From an uncultured virus (IMG/VR IMGVR_UViG_3300036715_000865) (Duplodnaviria > Heunggongvirae > Uroviricota > Caudoviricetes): a DNA stretch of 64,000 nucleotides. The translations under genes were made by a program, and so were the position numbers. Positions 40,501-49,307 of this stretch are shown one piece after another (positions within the stretch are counted from its first letter, which is position 1; the number at the start of each line of letters is the position of its first letter). The DNA lies in IMG/VR virus record IMGVR_UViG_3300036715_000865; one strand, 5' to 3'. The notes under the pieces are model-generated. The model was given only the letters and a program-made list of their open reading frames with translations. It had not been told where the DNA came from and searched no databases.

Positions 40501-41124
40501 GTTAAGGCTTTGATAATTTCAGGAGCATTCGATAATATAGGAGGTCAATATGGATTGCCATTGGAAGACGAAAAAAGCAGAAAGACGTTATTAGAAAATC
40601 ATTCCAAATTAACAAAATCAGACCCATATCCTGAGACACTTGACGCTAATTCTAATTCTAATTGGTACTGGGTTACAGAACAGAAAGCACTAACAGGATT
40701 CGGAGACATAAACTTCTTGTCTCTTCTTCAAAGATACGAGAAGAAAAATAAAGTGAAGCATCTTGTTAAGAATTTTGTATCTGCTGAAGAGTACGATAAA
40801 AAGTCTTATAAGGATTTGAAATTTCCTAAAGATGCTACAATAGTAGGAAGGATAATGTATATTAAACATCTGAAATACAAACAATCAAAATTGCCATATG
40901 CTAGAGTTTCTGTAGAATCTAACAATGTTGTTATGATTGTGACTGTATGGAACGATTGTTATGAGAGAGTTATAGAAAAATTAGACAGATTAGAAAAAAA
41001 TAAGTCTTTGGTTGCAATAAATTGTAAGATTACTTATCAAGAGCAATATGGTAAATCTATAAATACTGTAAGCGAAAGGAGAGGTTCAACAGAACGCAGA
41101 ACAGAGTTCCTAGTAATAAATTAA
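37531..41124 (+). CDS. dnaE: DNA polymerase III alpha subunit (family C, DnaE-like)
   Basis: PHP HLGVHT, GPGRGSAGGSLVAY, LLFERFLN, PDIDIDF, KADILG, YQEQ and FNRSHSAAY motifs. Confidence 0.95.
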   Translation: MKELKDWIEQKSIKCTIEKNVLDVQDFGKLVFIEEKEGKVISSDFSFILTEDEFYRISEDDIKYILFKWGDKFYYSEKKIRKDEYNEDIFVPEFKDFINIGVYVSELDIDFVHLGVHTGYELLNGSAEPEYWISKASFLNQKCIGLSDKNTLAATLPFQLACKKKGIKSVLGQTVSVAYDFDSSDEHHSLFDLKLFVKNEQGWRNLLRIGKAINVEYDKFIPEDELFEFVDGIICVIPLDSYFNHNITSESANKILKKYKKYFKKDLYYQIDSVEFEDDSVDMQHLSNMRFYIDNFSDVLKPVMINDSYYIEKTDYKIKSILNQVDRKTRLSSKDQYYKTVDQALDKILPLFSKNPEKFDVILESVSNTVVIAESCDYSIDTGNHKLPKFEHPDSESLYHELLDKGFQKKVIDKFHDDEDKIISYYKRLEEENSVIVGAGFVDYFLMLWDVVEWCKTQNILVGPGRGSAGGSLVAYLLGIIEIDPIQYNLLFERFLNKTRVSGERAKSADSLPDIDIDFEGIRRQDVKKYIEEKYTQNNVCSIGTYARMKNKSALKDFSRVSGISFQDANFATKEIPDVIGKSFWGDIFKNACEKPVLKKFVQNNTEVCDLVRISINQPKTSSIHASAVLIVPKEDKNGNPMTIYDWMPVKKIDGQLVSEWEGKFIDAAGFLKADILGISQLDKFRNILDLIKKNRGKKVNLNKIKIDLPSVMEFFKYGWSEDVFQFGTSGLKTYSKNVRPDGIEDLISMNALFRPGPMDSNAHKDFADIKHGKKKAIFDPFMEIVTENTHGLYVYQEQIMQAMVVGGLSLVEADECRTYIKKFDKENLGKFRARFVENYSKMIDGDCDGAEAVWDKLMAFSSYGFNRSHSAAYALMGYWCQYLKVKYPLEFWTASLNFASYDEEVPNRISEIRKIGSEIKIKPPCVNKSDLFFVGFPDDNSIYWSLTKIKNVGLVAANVMLNERNENGDFSDLEDFMNRVPKAKVNKRVVKALIISGAFDNIGGQYGLPLEDEKSRKTLLENHSKLTKSDPYPETLDANSNSNWYWVTEQKALTGFGDINFLSLLQRYEKKNKVKHLVKNFVSAEEYDKKSYKDLKFPKDATIVGRIMYIKHLKYKQSKLPYARVSVESNNVVMIVTVWNDCYERVIEKLDRLEKNKSLVAINCKITYQEQYGKSINTVSERRGSTERRTEFLVIN

Positions 41125-41130
41125 GATAAT

Positions 41131-41460
41131 ATGTTTGAAGTTGGAGATAAAGTATTGTGTATTAATGATTCTATAAAGTCAGAAATGATTTTTCCGATAA
41201 TCAATATGTATGTGAATTGGGTCAAGAAAGGAAAACCATATACTGTCAAAGAGATTTATTTCAATGATGATATAGTGGTAGGAATTTTATTAGAAGAGAT
41301 TTCAAATCCTGCAATATTTATAAAATTGATTAACAGAATGCAAGAGCCTGCATTTGCTACTTGGAGATTTGAAAAAAGAACATCTGCACAAATAGAAGAA
41401 ACGAATGAAGCAGAGTTAAGTATTATCGAACAAGAAATATTAGCAAATGAATATAATTGA
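41131..41460 (+). CDS. hypothetical protein (KOW/SH3-like N-terminus)
   Basis: FEVGDKVLC...GKPYTV pattern. Confidence 0.65.
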   Translation: MFEVGDKVLCINDSIKSEMIFPIINMYVNWVKKGKPYTVKEIYFNDDIVVGILLEEISNPAIFIKLINRMQEPAFATWRFEKRTSAQIEETNEAELSIIEQEILANEYN

Positions 41461-42046
41461 TAAAATCTTCCATGACCCTGATTTCGACCAATTAAACAAT
41501 ATGGTTCGTTGGAATGGATTAAATAGAATTAAAGATGAAACAGTAGCTCATCATTCATTCTTTGTAGCTATGGTTACTAGGTTGTTGTCTGAAGAAATTT
41601 TTGACAAAAATGATTGTCAAAATAAGCTATTTGCAACTACTTATGGGATGTTCCATGATTTCGATGAGATGTTCACAGGAGACATTGTTCACGGTGTAAA
41701 GTATGGAACTAAACATGGTGAAGAACTAAGGTATTTGCTGGAGTTGATAGTTAAAGAAAAAGTAGCAGAAAAGTTTGACACGTCCAGAAATTCTGAAAAA
41801 CTTATGTCTGATATTATGTCTTTAGAAATACCATATCACATAAAGAAGTTAGTAAAGGTTGCGGATTGGTTGTCCATGTTATTTTATCTAAAAAAGGAAT
41901 TAAGCCTTGGCAATACTGCTCTTGTTGAGCAGCAAATATATTGTGTTCAAAGAGTTAAGGAATCTTGTATTGATGCTATGCCTTATCTTAAAAACTATAA
42001 TACGACTATTTTAATAGAAATAATAGACAAACAAAAATGGATTTAA
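41447..42046 (+). CDS. HD-domain 5'-deoxynucleotidase (YfbR/DatZ-like)
   Basis: RW, ETVAHHS, HDFDE..TGDI and VKVAD motifs of the YfbR family. Confidence 0.85.
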   Translation: MNIIDKIFHDPDFDQLNNMVRWNGLNRIKDETVAHHSFFVAMVTRLLSEEIFDKNDCQNKLFATTYGMFHDFDEMFTGDIVHGVKYGTKHGEELRYLLELIVKEKVAEKFDTSRNSEKLMSDIMSLEIPYHIKKLVKVADWLSMLFYLKKELSLGNTALVEQQIYCVQRVKESCIDAMPYLKNYNTTILIEIIDKQKWI

Positions 42047-42303
42047 CTGAATTAGAAAAATCAAACAGGGCCAAATATGGTGACAAAGAGTTTGACCAGA
42101 TTTCTTTGAATTACAGAAAAGGAATTGAATATGGAGATGTTTGGACTTCAGAGAATGTAAAGCGTTATTTGGATAGGTTCACAAGACCTGGAAGTTCAAA
42201 GGCTAGGAATTTAACAGACTTATTGAAAGCCAAAGATTATCTTGAAAGGATGATTGAGGTGCATCAAAACACAAACAGTATTAAACACGAAATATTAGAG
42301 TAA
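42037..42303 (+). CDS. DUF3310-like protein
   Basis: NVKRYLDR...DLLKAKDYLERMI matches the DUF3310 C-terminal pattern. Confidence 0.55.
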   Translation: MDLTELEKSNRAKYGDKEFDQISLNYRKGIEYGDVWTSENVKRYLDRFTRPGSSKARNLTDLLKAKDYLERMIEVHQNTNSIKHEILE

Positions 42304-42304
42304 T

Positions 42305-42838
42305 ATGAGAAGTAAAGAATTAATATTCAATATTGGCGAAAAGGTAGTCAAATTTGAAGTTGGGGATTTCAATGATATTGACATAGATATGATTTTGAAA
42401 ATTGATTATTCAAATCTGATGGCGGAATTAATCACATTCCCTGTTGTTGTGAATAAATTCGGTTTACTTGCTGCGGATATGGATAATGAATTTCAACAAG
42501 CCAAATTGGATTTGTCGATTTACGAAGCGAAGCGAAAAAATCAGTTGAGAGATGAAATGGAGACTTCAGATGAAAAGGGCAAAGTCAAAAGAGCGACTGT
42601 GGATGAGGTGGAAAGTGCTTTACTTTGTGATAAGATTTGGAAGGTGAAGAGAGTCAAAATGCACCGAATACAGAAAGAAAAAGAGTATATGTATTCTATT
42701 TATCAAGCTGCTAGGGATAAGTCAACTAAGCTGGATAAATTGAGTATGACTCTGAGACCTGGAGATGTAGATTTAGATATAATTCAAAGACAGATGAATA
42801 ATGTCTACTTTAAGATAAAGGACGGAAAAATCAAGTAA
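42305..42838 (+). CDS. UvsY-like recombination mediator
   Basis: Helical protein with T.DEVES motif; directly upstream of SSB and RecA. Confidence 0.55.
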   Translation: MRSKELIFNIGEKVVKFEVGDFNDIDIDMILKIDYSNLMAELITFPVVVNKFGLLAADMDNEFQQAKLDLSIYEAKRKNQLRDEMETSDEKGKVKRATVDEVESALLCDKIWKVKRVKMHRIQKEKEYMYSIYQAARDKSTKLDKLSMTLRPGDVDLDIIQRQMNNVYFKIKDGKIK

Positions 42839-42867
42839 CAAGGTTAATTAAAAATAAAAATAAATCA

Positions 42868-44028
42868 ATGGCAAATTTAAGAAGCAAGTACAAGCCTGCG
42901 AAGGTTGATTTACTTAAACAAAAGGTAGACAAAGAAAATGAGCTCATAGGAGCATTTTCAAAAAATGAGTTCTTGGAAATTGAAGAAGGAAAAACAAACA
43001 AGTTCCGATTATTCCCAGCTCATGACGGTGTGGATTTCTTTATATTAAGAAAGAGACATTGGCTTACTATCGAAGGTGAGAATGGAGACCCAGTCAAGAG
43101 AACTGTATTGAACTCTAGACAACATGGAGGAACAAAATTAGATGTAATTGATGAGTATGTTGATTACTGCAAAAAACACCTTGATGATAAGGATAAACTT
43201 TCTAAAGTAACTGACTGGAAAGGTGGTCTTGGAGCAGAGCATTCTTGGATTGCTTATTCAGAAAAAATCTCAAAAGAACAAAGAGAATTTGGATTGATTT
43301 CTTTTAAGAAAACTGTTCGTGATGCTATCAATAAAGCCACTTTTGTAGAGGATGATGATGAACCGATTGAAGTTGACCCATTCACTGATATTGACGAAGG
43401 TCTGCCTTTGTTGATTAAATATAATTCTAAGCCTAATAAGAAAAAAGGTGAAGATTACTACGAGGTGTCTGTAGGAAAGAAAGCAACACCGATTTCAGAT
43501 GAAAATCTTGAGAAGTTCGATAAGGCTAAGTCATTACAAGAACTTTATTTGAACGTGTATAGCACTAAAGATTTTGAACTTGCTTTAGAAGGTTTAAGAT
43601 TCTTTGATTCTGAGCATGAGATTGATTTCTTTGATGATGAAGATTGGTTAGAGATTGTTGAGAAGGTTAAGTCTCAATACGGAGATTCTGATGACGATGA
43701 CGATGACGAAGATGAAAAACCTAAGAAGAAAACTTCTAAGAAGCCTGAGCCTAAGAAAACTTCTAAGAAAGTAGTTGTTGAAGACGATGAAGATGAGGAT
43801 GAGGATGAGGATGAGGATGAAGATGAAGACGATGAGGATGAAGATGAGGATGAAAAACCAACTCCAAAGAAAAAGCCTGTCAAAAAAGTAGTTGTTGAAG
43901 AGGATGAAGACGATGAGGATGAAGACGATGATGATGAAGACGATGAGGATGAAGACGAAAAGCCTAAGACCAAAGGAAAGATGAGTATGGATGATATTCG
44001 TGCAAGACTGAAAAAAGGTAAAAAGTAA
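42868..44028 (+). CDS. single-stranded DNA-binding protein (gp32-like) with long acidic tail
   Basis: G.TNKFRLFP, HW, DPFTDIDEG and Y.V motifs; acidic C-terminus ending DIRARLKK. Confidence 0.75.
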   Translation: MANLRSKYKPAKVDLLKQKVDKENELIGAFSKNEFLEIEEGKTNKFRLFPAHDGVDFFILRKRHWLTIEGENGDPVKRTVLNSRQHGGTKLDVIDEYVDYCKKHLDDKDKLSKVTDWKGGLGAEHSWIAYSEKISKEQREFGLISFKKTVRDAINKATFVEDDDEPIEVDPFTDIDEGLPLLIKYNSKPNKKKGEDYYEVSVGKKATPISDENLEKFDKAKSLQELYLNVYSTKDFELALEGLRFFDSEHEIDFFDDEDWLEIVEKVKSQYGDSDDDDDDEDEKPKKKTSKKPEPKKTSKKVVVEDDEDEDEDEDEDEDEDDEDEDEDEKPTPKKKPVKKVVVEEDEDDEDEDDDDEDDEDEDEKPKTKGKMSMDDIRARLKKGKK

Positions 44029-44047
44029 TCTTTGAATTTATAATATG

Positions 44048-44075
44048 AAAGGGGAGTTAATTGCTCCCCTTTTTT
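44048..44075 (+). terminator. rho-independent terminator
   Basis: AAAGGGGAG-TTAATTG-CTCCCCTTT stem with T-run. Confidence 0.9.
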
Positions 44076-44088
44076 AAACATTAAAATT

Positions 44089-45177
44089 ATGAGCGTTGTT
44101 GATAAATTAGTTAAGAGATTCAATAGTGAAGATGTTGTTAAATTTTCTGACAAGGATAACTTCAGAGACAACAAAAGTTGGGTTCCAACAGGAAGTCCTG
44201 AATTGGATTACAACTTAGGAGTGCTAGGTTTCCCCACAGGAATGATAGAGATTGCTGGACTTTCTAGGTCTGGCAAGACAACTTTAGCATTACAAGGAAT
44301 GAAGCATTTCTTAAAGAAACAAAAGGATGGGATTGCTGTCATACTTTCTTCAGAGAATAGAGATAACAAGGATTATGCTATCAAAATAGGTATTGACCCC
44401 TCCAAAGTAGTTATCATAAAGATAAGGTATGTTGAGGAGATGTTTATGAAGGTCAAAAAATTAATAGAAGATGTTAAAAAAATCTTCAAAGAAGAGGGTA
44501 TGGATGAAAATCCAAAGTTTTATTTCATGTGGGATTCTTTAGGTGCAACGTTGTCTAAGGCTGAATTAGACACTTTAGAAGAGAATACCAAGACTATGGA
44601 ATCCAAACTAGCTAAAGGTCAGGACATATCAGAATTGAAACATGCTCAAATGGCGTCTTTTGCTAAATCTGCTAAAATGTTTGCTAAATTTCTAACTGGA
44701 GAGATGTATAACTCTATTGTGCATTTTATAATTTTGAATCACGTACACGACCAAATAGGTGGTATGTCAAAGGAGAAGAAATCAGGAGGTGGAGAATGGA
44801 TACAATTTTTTCCTACCATTAGATTAAGAACAACTTTAGTTGGACATGAGAAAATTGATGAGATAGAAGTTGCACAATACACCGAGATGAAAGTTGTTAA
44901 GAATGACTTTGGGAGCAGAAAGAAAACGAAAGTAACAATATTGTTAGGATATGGTATAATTCTTTCAGATGAAGATATACAATATGCTGTAGACAAAAAT
45001 ATAATCAAAAAGAAATCTGCTACAGTTTATGATTTCATGGGTAAAATGCAATGGAAGAGCAAGAGGACTTTCTTTGAGCTTTATTATGAAAGAAATAAAT
45101 TGTTAGACATATTGACTAAGAAAATAACCGATGCTAGACACGATGATGTGACTGAAGAACGGTATCCATCTCACTAG
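44089..45177 (+). CDS. recA: RecA/UvsX recombinase
   Basis: PTGSPELD, EIAGLSRSGKTT Walker A, WDSLGA, SGGG and VVKN motifs. Confidence 0.9.
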   Translation: MSVVDKLVKRFNSEDVVKFSDKDNFRDNKSWVPTGSPELDYNLGVLGFPTGMIEIAGLSRSGKTTLALQGMKHFLKKQKDGIAVILSSENRDNKDYAIKIGIDPSKVVIIKIRYVEEMFMKVKKLIEDVKKIFKEEGMDENPKFYFMWDSLGATLSKAELDTLEENTKTMESKLAKGQDISELKHAQMASFAKSAKMFAKFLTGEMYNSIVHFIILNHVHDQIGGMSKEKKSGGGEWIQFFPTIRLRTTLVGHEKIDEIEVAQYTEMKVVKNDFGSRKKTKVTILLGYGIILSDEDIQYAVDKNIIKKKSATVYDFMGKMQWKSKRTFFELYYERNKLLDILTKKITDARHDDVTEERYPSH

Positions 45178-45207
45178 CATAGTTTATTATAAAAATACCG
45201 AATAAGG

Positions 45208-46239
45208 ATGAAGACTATATCAGTACTATTAACAGATACACATTTGAAAAAAGACAATCTTGACTTAGTTGAGGATATTTTCATCCAAGCTTGCGAGTTG
45301 TGTAAATCAGAAGGTTGTAATACTATAAGTCACGCTGGAGATTGGTTCACCAATAGAATCGGACAAAATCTTCAGACATTACTAAGGATGAAGAAAATCT
45401 TTAATATAGTTGATTCATATGGCCTAGAAATTATAGGTATTGGGGGCAATCATGACAAGACAGACCAAGATAGTGAATCAAGCTATTTAGATGTATTTGA
45501 TGGCTACAAATCTTTCACTTTAATAAGAGATAGTGGTCACATAATAATTGGAAATGTATTTATAGGTTTTCTGCCTTATTTTACTGGTTCTTATTCAAAA
45601 AGATTAGAAGATTTAGAAAAAGTTTCTAAGTCAAAAAACAAAGCGATAAACATACTAATAACTCATAAATCATTCAACGGAGTTCGCAATAATGACGGGA
45701 GTATTGTTGAAGATGGTATCTCAGTTAAGCGTATGAAAAAATGGGATAAGGTTTTAGTTGGTCACTACCATGATGCTTCTTTAATAGGAAATTTTATACA
45801 TTACATAGGTTCTGCATATCAAGCTAATTATGGAGAGAATATTTCTGATAAAGGATTCACATTGATAAAATCAGATGGCAGTCTTGAATTTGTACAATCT
45901 AAATTTAAAAGATATATAAAGGTAAAACTTGACGCTTCAGATGTATCTTCAATAGAAAATGAATTAGAATTTCACAGAGAAACAGAAGACAATGTAAGGT
46001 TCATATTTCAAGGAAGTAAGACTGATATTGACAAAATAAACCTTTCAAAATTTACAGATGAAGGAATAGATTGTAAATTCGAGTCAGAAGAAATAAATGG
46101 TGAGATTCTGAAAGTTGAAGAAGGTGAATTCACACAAATGGATTCTAAGAAGATAACTAAGCATTTTATTGACTATTGCAGAATTCAGAATATTTCGACA
46201 GATAATCGAAAACAAGGATTAAAGTATTTGAAGTTATGA
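45208..46239 (+). CDS. sbcD: Mre11/SbcD-like nuclease
   Basis: TDTH, AGDWF, GNHD, GHYH and YIGS metallophosphoesterase motifs. Confidence 0.9.
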   Translation: MKTISVLLTDTHLKKDNLDLVEDIFIQACELCKSEGCNTISHAGDWFTNRIGQNLQTLLRMKKIFNIVDSYGLEIIGIGGNHDKTDQDSESSYLDVFDGYKSFTLIRDSGHIIIGNVFIGFLPYFTGSYSKRLEDLEKVSKSKNKAINILITHKSFNGVRNNDGSIVEDGISVKRMKKWDKVLVGHYHDASLIGNFIHYIGSAYQANYGENISDKGFTLIKSDGSLEFVQSKFKRYIKVKLDASDVSSIENELEFHRETEDNVRFIFQGSKTDIDKINLSKFTDEGIDCKFESEEINGEILKVEEGEFTQMDSKKITKHFIDYCRIQNISTDNRKQGLKYLKL

Positions 46240-46670
46240 AAAGAGTCATAGCAAGAAAATATAAGAGGTGTTCTGAAAGTTGTTATATCAGATGTGGCAA
46301 CAGCTTTAAGAAAGTAGATGGCAAACCGATAAAATTTGAAGAATTTGATAATTTTGATTTTTTCATAAGTAAAAAAATAAAGGGTAAATTAGTTCTTTGG
46401 ATGGTTACAGAAGCAGTAACAGGCACAAGATTGACACCGTATTACACTAAATTATCAAAGACCTTAAAATCTGCTAATGATATATTGAAATCTAAATCAA
46501 AGTTAGATATAGTCAAAGCAATACATAAGAGAGTTGGGGAAATTTATTTGCCTCCTAATTTTAAATTTGTACAAAATCCTAATAAAGTTAAGTATGTGGC
46601 AAGCAAAGTCAATAAAGATGACAGCCTTGATGACGCACTCAGAAACAGAGTACGAGTTCTCAAGAAATAG
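46236..46670 (+). CDS. hypothetical basic protein between sbcD and sbcC
   Basis: 144 aa, ATGA overlap with the sbcD stop; 3' end overlaps the sbcC start. Confidence 0.55.
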   Translation: MKRVIARKYKRCSESCYIRCGNSFKKVDGKPIKFEEFDNFDFFISKKIKGKLVLWMVTEAVTGTRLTPYYTKLSKTLKSANDILKSKSKLDIVKAIHKRVGEIYLPPNFKFVQNPNKVKYVASKVNKDDSLDDALRNRVRVLKK

Positions 46671-48459
46671 ATGTACGATGGTATTCGGGGTTAATGATAC
46701 TGACCCTGGAGCAGACAGTAATGGTTCTGGTAAATCCACGTTGATTGAAGCAATATCCTTAGCAACGACTGGTTTGACTTGTAGAGATGTTAACAAAGAA
46801 GATTTTATACAAGATGGAGAAGATTGTACTTATGTCGAATTTAATCTTGATAATCAATTAAGTGATGTAAATGAATTGTCAATCAGAAGATGGTTTCATA
46901 GAAAGAAATCTGCTAGGGTTGAAATCTGGGAAAATAATGAACTCAACAAGGAGATAACATCAGTCAATGAAGCTAATCAAAGGATATATGAATTGATTGG
47001 TTTGTCTAGAGAAGATTTATTACATTTTTTTATTATAGGGCAAGATACCAATTTTTCATTCTTGACTGTGAACGATACAGAAAAGAAAAACATAATATCT
47101 AGGTTATCGAATACTGATAAAATTAGTACTATTGTAGATAATCTGAAAATACAGAAGAAAGAATTAGAGTCTTCAAAACTAAGAAAAATAGAAGATTCAA
47201 TAAATTCCTTAGATTCTAAAATTGAGGTTTACGAACAAGACATTGATGAATTGAGAAATTCTAAAGTTGATTCTAATGATACAGAGATAAGACATCTCAA
47301 AGAGGATATAGTTGCCTTACAATCAGAAACTGATATGTTGATAGTGGCTAAAGGTGAACAAGGAATCCTAGTTAAAGAATTGAAGAACAAGAACAACCTT
47401 ATTAATGTTGACGAGAGCACTTTAAAAGAGGCAAGGCTGTCTTTAGATTTAATAGAAGACAAGTTAAAGAAAGCTAAAATCAAAACAAGAAATATAGAAT
47501 CCACAATAGAACATTTAGGAACTATAAAAGAAGGTGCAATATCTTGTCCAGCTTGCGACCATGAGTTCAATCCTTCATCCGAGATTGATGTTTCAGAGAT
47601 TGATGAATTGATAGAATACTCTGAAGAAGAGTTGCAGATTGCCAAGTCAAACGTGAAGAAAATACAAAAGAAAATAGTCTTAAAAGAACAAGAAATTAAT
47701 ACTATAAAAGAACAATCTACAAAAAAGCAAGAATTAGTTTTGAAGATTAATAGGCTTGAAAATAAGATAAAAGGTATAAATGACGAGATTGATACAAATA
47801 ATAGGAACAGAGAAAAATTAAAAGACTCAATAGAAAAATTATCTAAGATTTCTGATAATAAGAGCAAGATTAAGGAAGTTAGACTAAAATTAGCAGAAAC
47901 TGAGAAACAGAAGCGTTTTAAGAATGAAGAACTAGATTTACTCAAAGGAGAAATTTCTGATATAGACTTTTGGATTCACCACTTTGGTAAGAAAGGATTC
48001 AGCACTTATTTAAGTAATAAGAGTGTGAAGATAATCGAAGGTATGACGAACAGTTATTTAAAGAAGTTCAATTCAGATTTGCAAGTTCAGATTGATGGAT
48101 TTACAGAGTTAAAAAACGGTGAACTGTCTGAGAAGATTAACGTTTCTATTTTGAGGAATGGTAGTAATTTAGGCAGTTTCAAGAGATATTCTGGAGGTGA
48201 GAAAGGTCGTATAAATCTTGCTAATATCGTGGGACTTCAGAAGTTAATGAATATGTCTGCTCCAACAGGTGGACTTAATTTGTTGATATTAGATGAAGTA
48301 TTTGATGGATTAGATGCGACTGGACAAAGAGATGTTGTGAATATCTTAGAACATATTGGGGTTACTACGATGGTTGTTTCGCATAGAAATGACCCTGTGG
48401 GAGCAGAGAACGAATTATACATAAAAAAGATTGACGGAGTCAGTCGAATTTTAAATTGA
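46594..48459 (+). CDS. sbcC: Rad50/SbcC-like ATPase
   Basis: NGSGKST Walker A, CPAC zinc hook, SGGE signature, LDEVFDGLD. Start moved to ATG 46594. Confidence 0.92.
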   Translation: MWQAKSIKMTALMTHSETEYEFSRNRCTMVFGVNDTDPGADSNGSGKSTLIEAISLATTGLTCRDVNKEDFIQDGEDCTYVEFNLDNQLSDVNELSIRRWFHRKKSARVEIWENNELNKEITSVNEANQRIYELIGLSREDLLHFFIIGQDTNFSFLTVNDTEKKNIISRLSNTDKISTIVDNLKIQKKELESSKLRKIEDSINSLDSKIEVYEQDIDELRNSKVDSNDTEIRHLKEDIVALQSETDMLIVAKGEQGILVKELKNKNNLINVDESTLKEARLSLDLIEDKLKKAKIKTRNIESTIEHLGTIKEGAISCPACDHEFNPSSEIDVSEIDELIEYSEEELQIAKSNVKKIQKKIVLKEQEINTIKEQSTKKQELVLKINRLENKIKGINDEIDTNNRNREKLKDSIEKLSKISDNKSKIKEVRLKLAETEKQKRFKNEELDLLKGEISDIDFWIHHFGKKGFSTYLSNKSVKIIEGMTNSYLKKFNSDLQVQIDGFTELKNGELSEKINVSILRNGSNLGSFKRYSGGEKGRINLANIVGLQKLMNMSAPTGGLNLLILDEVFDGLDATGQRDVVNILEHIGVTTMVVSHRNDPVGAENELYIKKIDGVSRILN

Positions 48460-48460
48460 T

Positions 48461-49003
48461 ATGGCTAAGACAAAATCAAAACAGAAATTAATCGATGATA
48501 AAGTCGGTAGGGCAAGAAAGATAAAAACAGCTAGCAAACCTACGAATATAAATATTATGGCTATCGACCAAGCTACAAAATGCGGAATAGCTTGGGAATT
48601 AGTTGGCGAGAATTACCGATGCGATATGTGGGATTTGTCTATAAAGAGCAAGGAAAGTCAAGGCATGAAATGGATTAGATTCGAGTCCAGATTGAAAGAA
48701 TTTATTATTAAGAACGGCATAAATGTAGTAGCTTATGAATTGCCGTCAGGTAGGAACATAAATCCTATTATACACTCAAGTAAATTGATTTGTATAATAG
48801 AAAAATTGAGTACCGAACTAGGAGTTGAATACATTGAGTTCTCTGCAGCAGAGATTAAAAAATTCGCCACATCAAGTGGTAATGCTGGCAAACCTTTAAT
48901 GATTGAATTTGCTGAAAGATTATGGGGCTATAAAGGTTCTGATGATAATGAAGCAGATGCTATTCATATTTTACACTTACTAAAATCTAAGATTAATGGA
49001 TAG
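48461..49003 (+). CDS. ruvC: RuvC-like Holliday junction resolvase
   Basis: MAIDQ, YE, IKKFAT.SGNA.K and DNEADA motifs. Confidence 0.85.
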   Translation: MAKTKSKQKLIDDKVGRARKIKTASKPTNINIMAIDQATKCGIAWELVGENYRCDMWDLSIKSKESQGMKWIRFESRLKEFIIKNGINVVAYELPSGRNINPIIHSSKLICIIEKLSTELGVEYIEFSAAEIKKFATSSGNAGKPLMIEFAERLWGYKGSDDNEADAIHILHLLKSKING

Positions 49004-49307
49004 CACAATGAAAAAATATAATTTCTGTTGTTTAGACTGCTCTTGCGGTAATAACAAGAATAACTTCGTTATAGAAATGACTGAAGAAGAAAAGGAGGAA
49101 AACGATGTTAAATGTCCAAATGATGAATCTAGGATTTTGAAGTGTTTAGGCTATACTCCTTCTTGGGGCATTAATAAGTTTAACTCTATGACCCCAGACC
49201 AGAAACAAGCTGTTTTAACGAAGCGTTCCAGAGAGCATTACAAGAAAGATATCAAGGAGCAAAAATACGTTAAGAACAAAGAGTTAATCAAAAAATTCAA
49301 AGGCTGA
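48996..49307 (+). CDS. zinc-ribbon (FmdB-like) protein
   Basis: Y.F.C.DC...CP motif. Confidence 0.55.
   Translation: MDSTMKKYNFCCLDCSCGNNKNNFVIEMTEEEKEENDVKCPNDESRILKCLGYTPSWGINKFNSMTPDQKQAVLTKRSREHYKKDIKEQKYVKNKELIKKFKG

Noticed and set aside
41447..42046. Z-genome (2-aminoadenine) system suggested by the DatZ-like HD enzyme
   Set aside because: No purZ or mazZ in the window; the neighbouring dUMP-hydroxymethylase-like gene favours a thymine-side modification.
28960..45177. Inteins or introns in the helicases, DnaE or RecA
   Set aside because: Lengths are normal, motifs are contiguous and no splice-junction signatures were seen.
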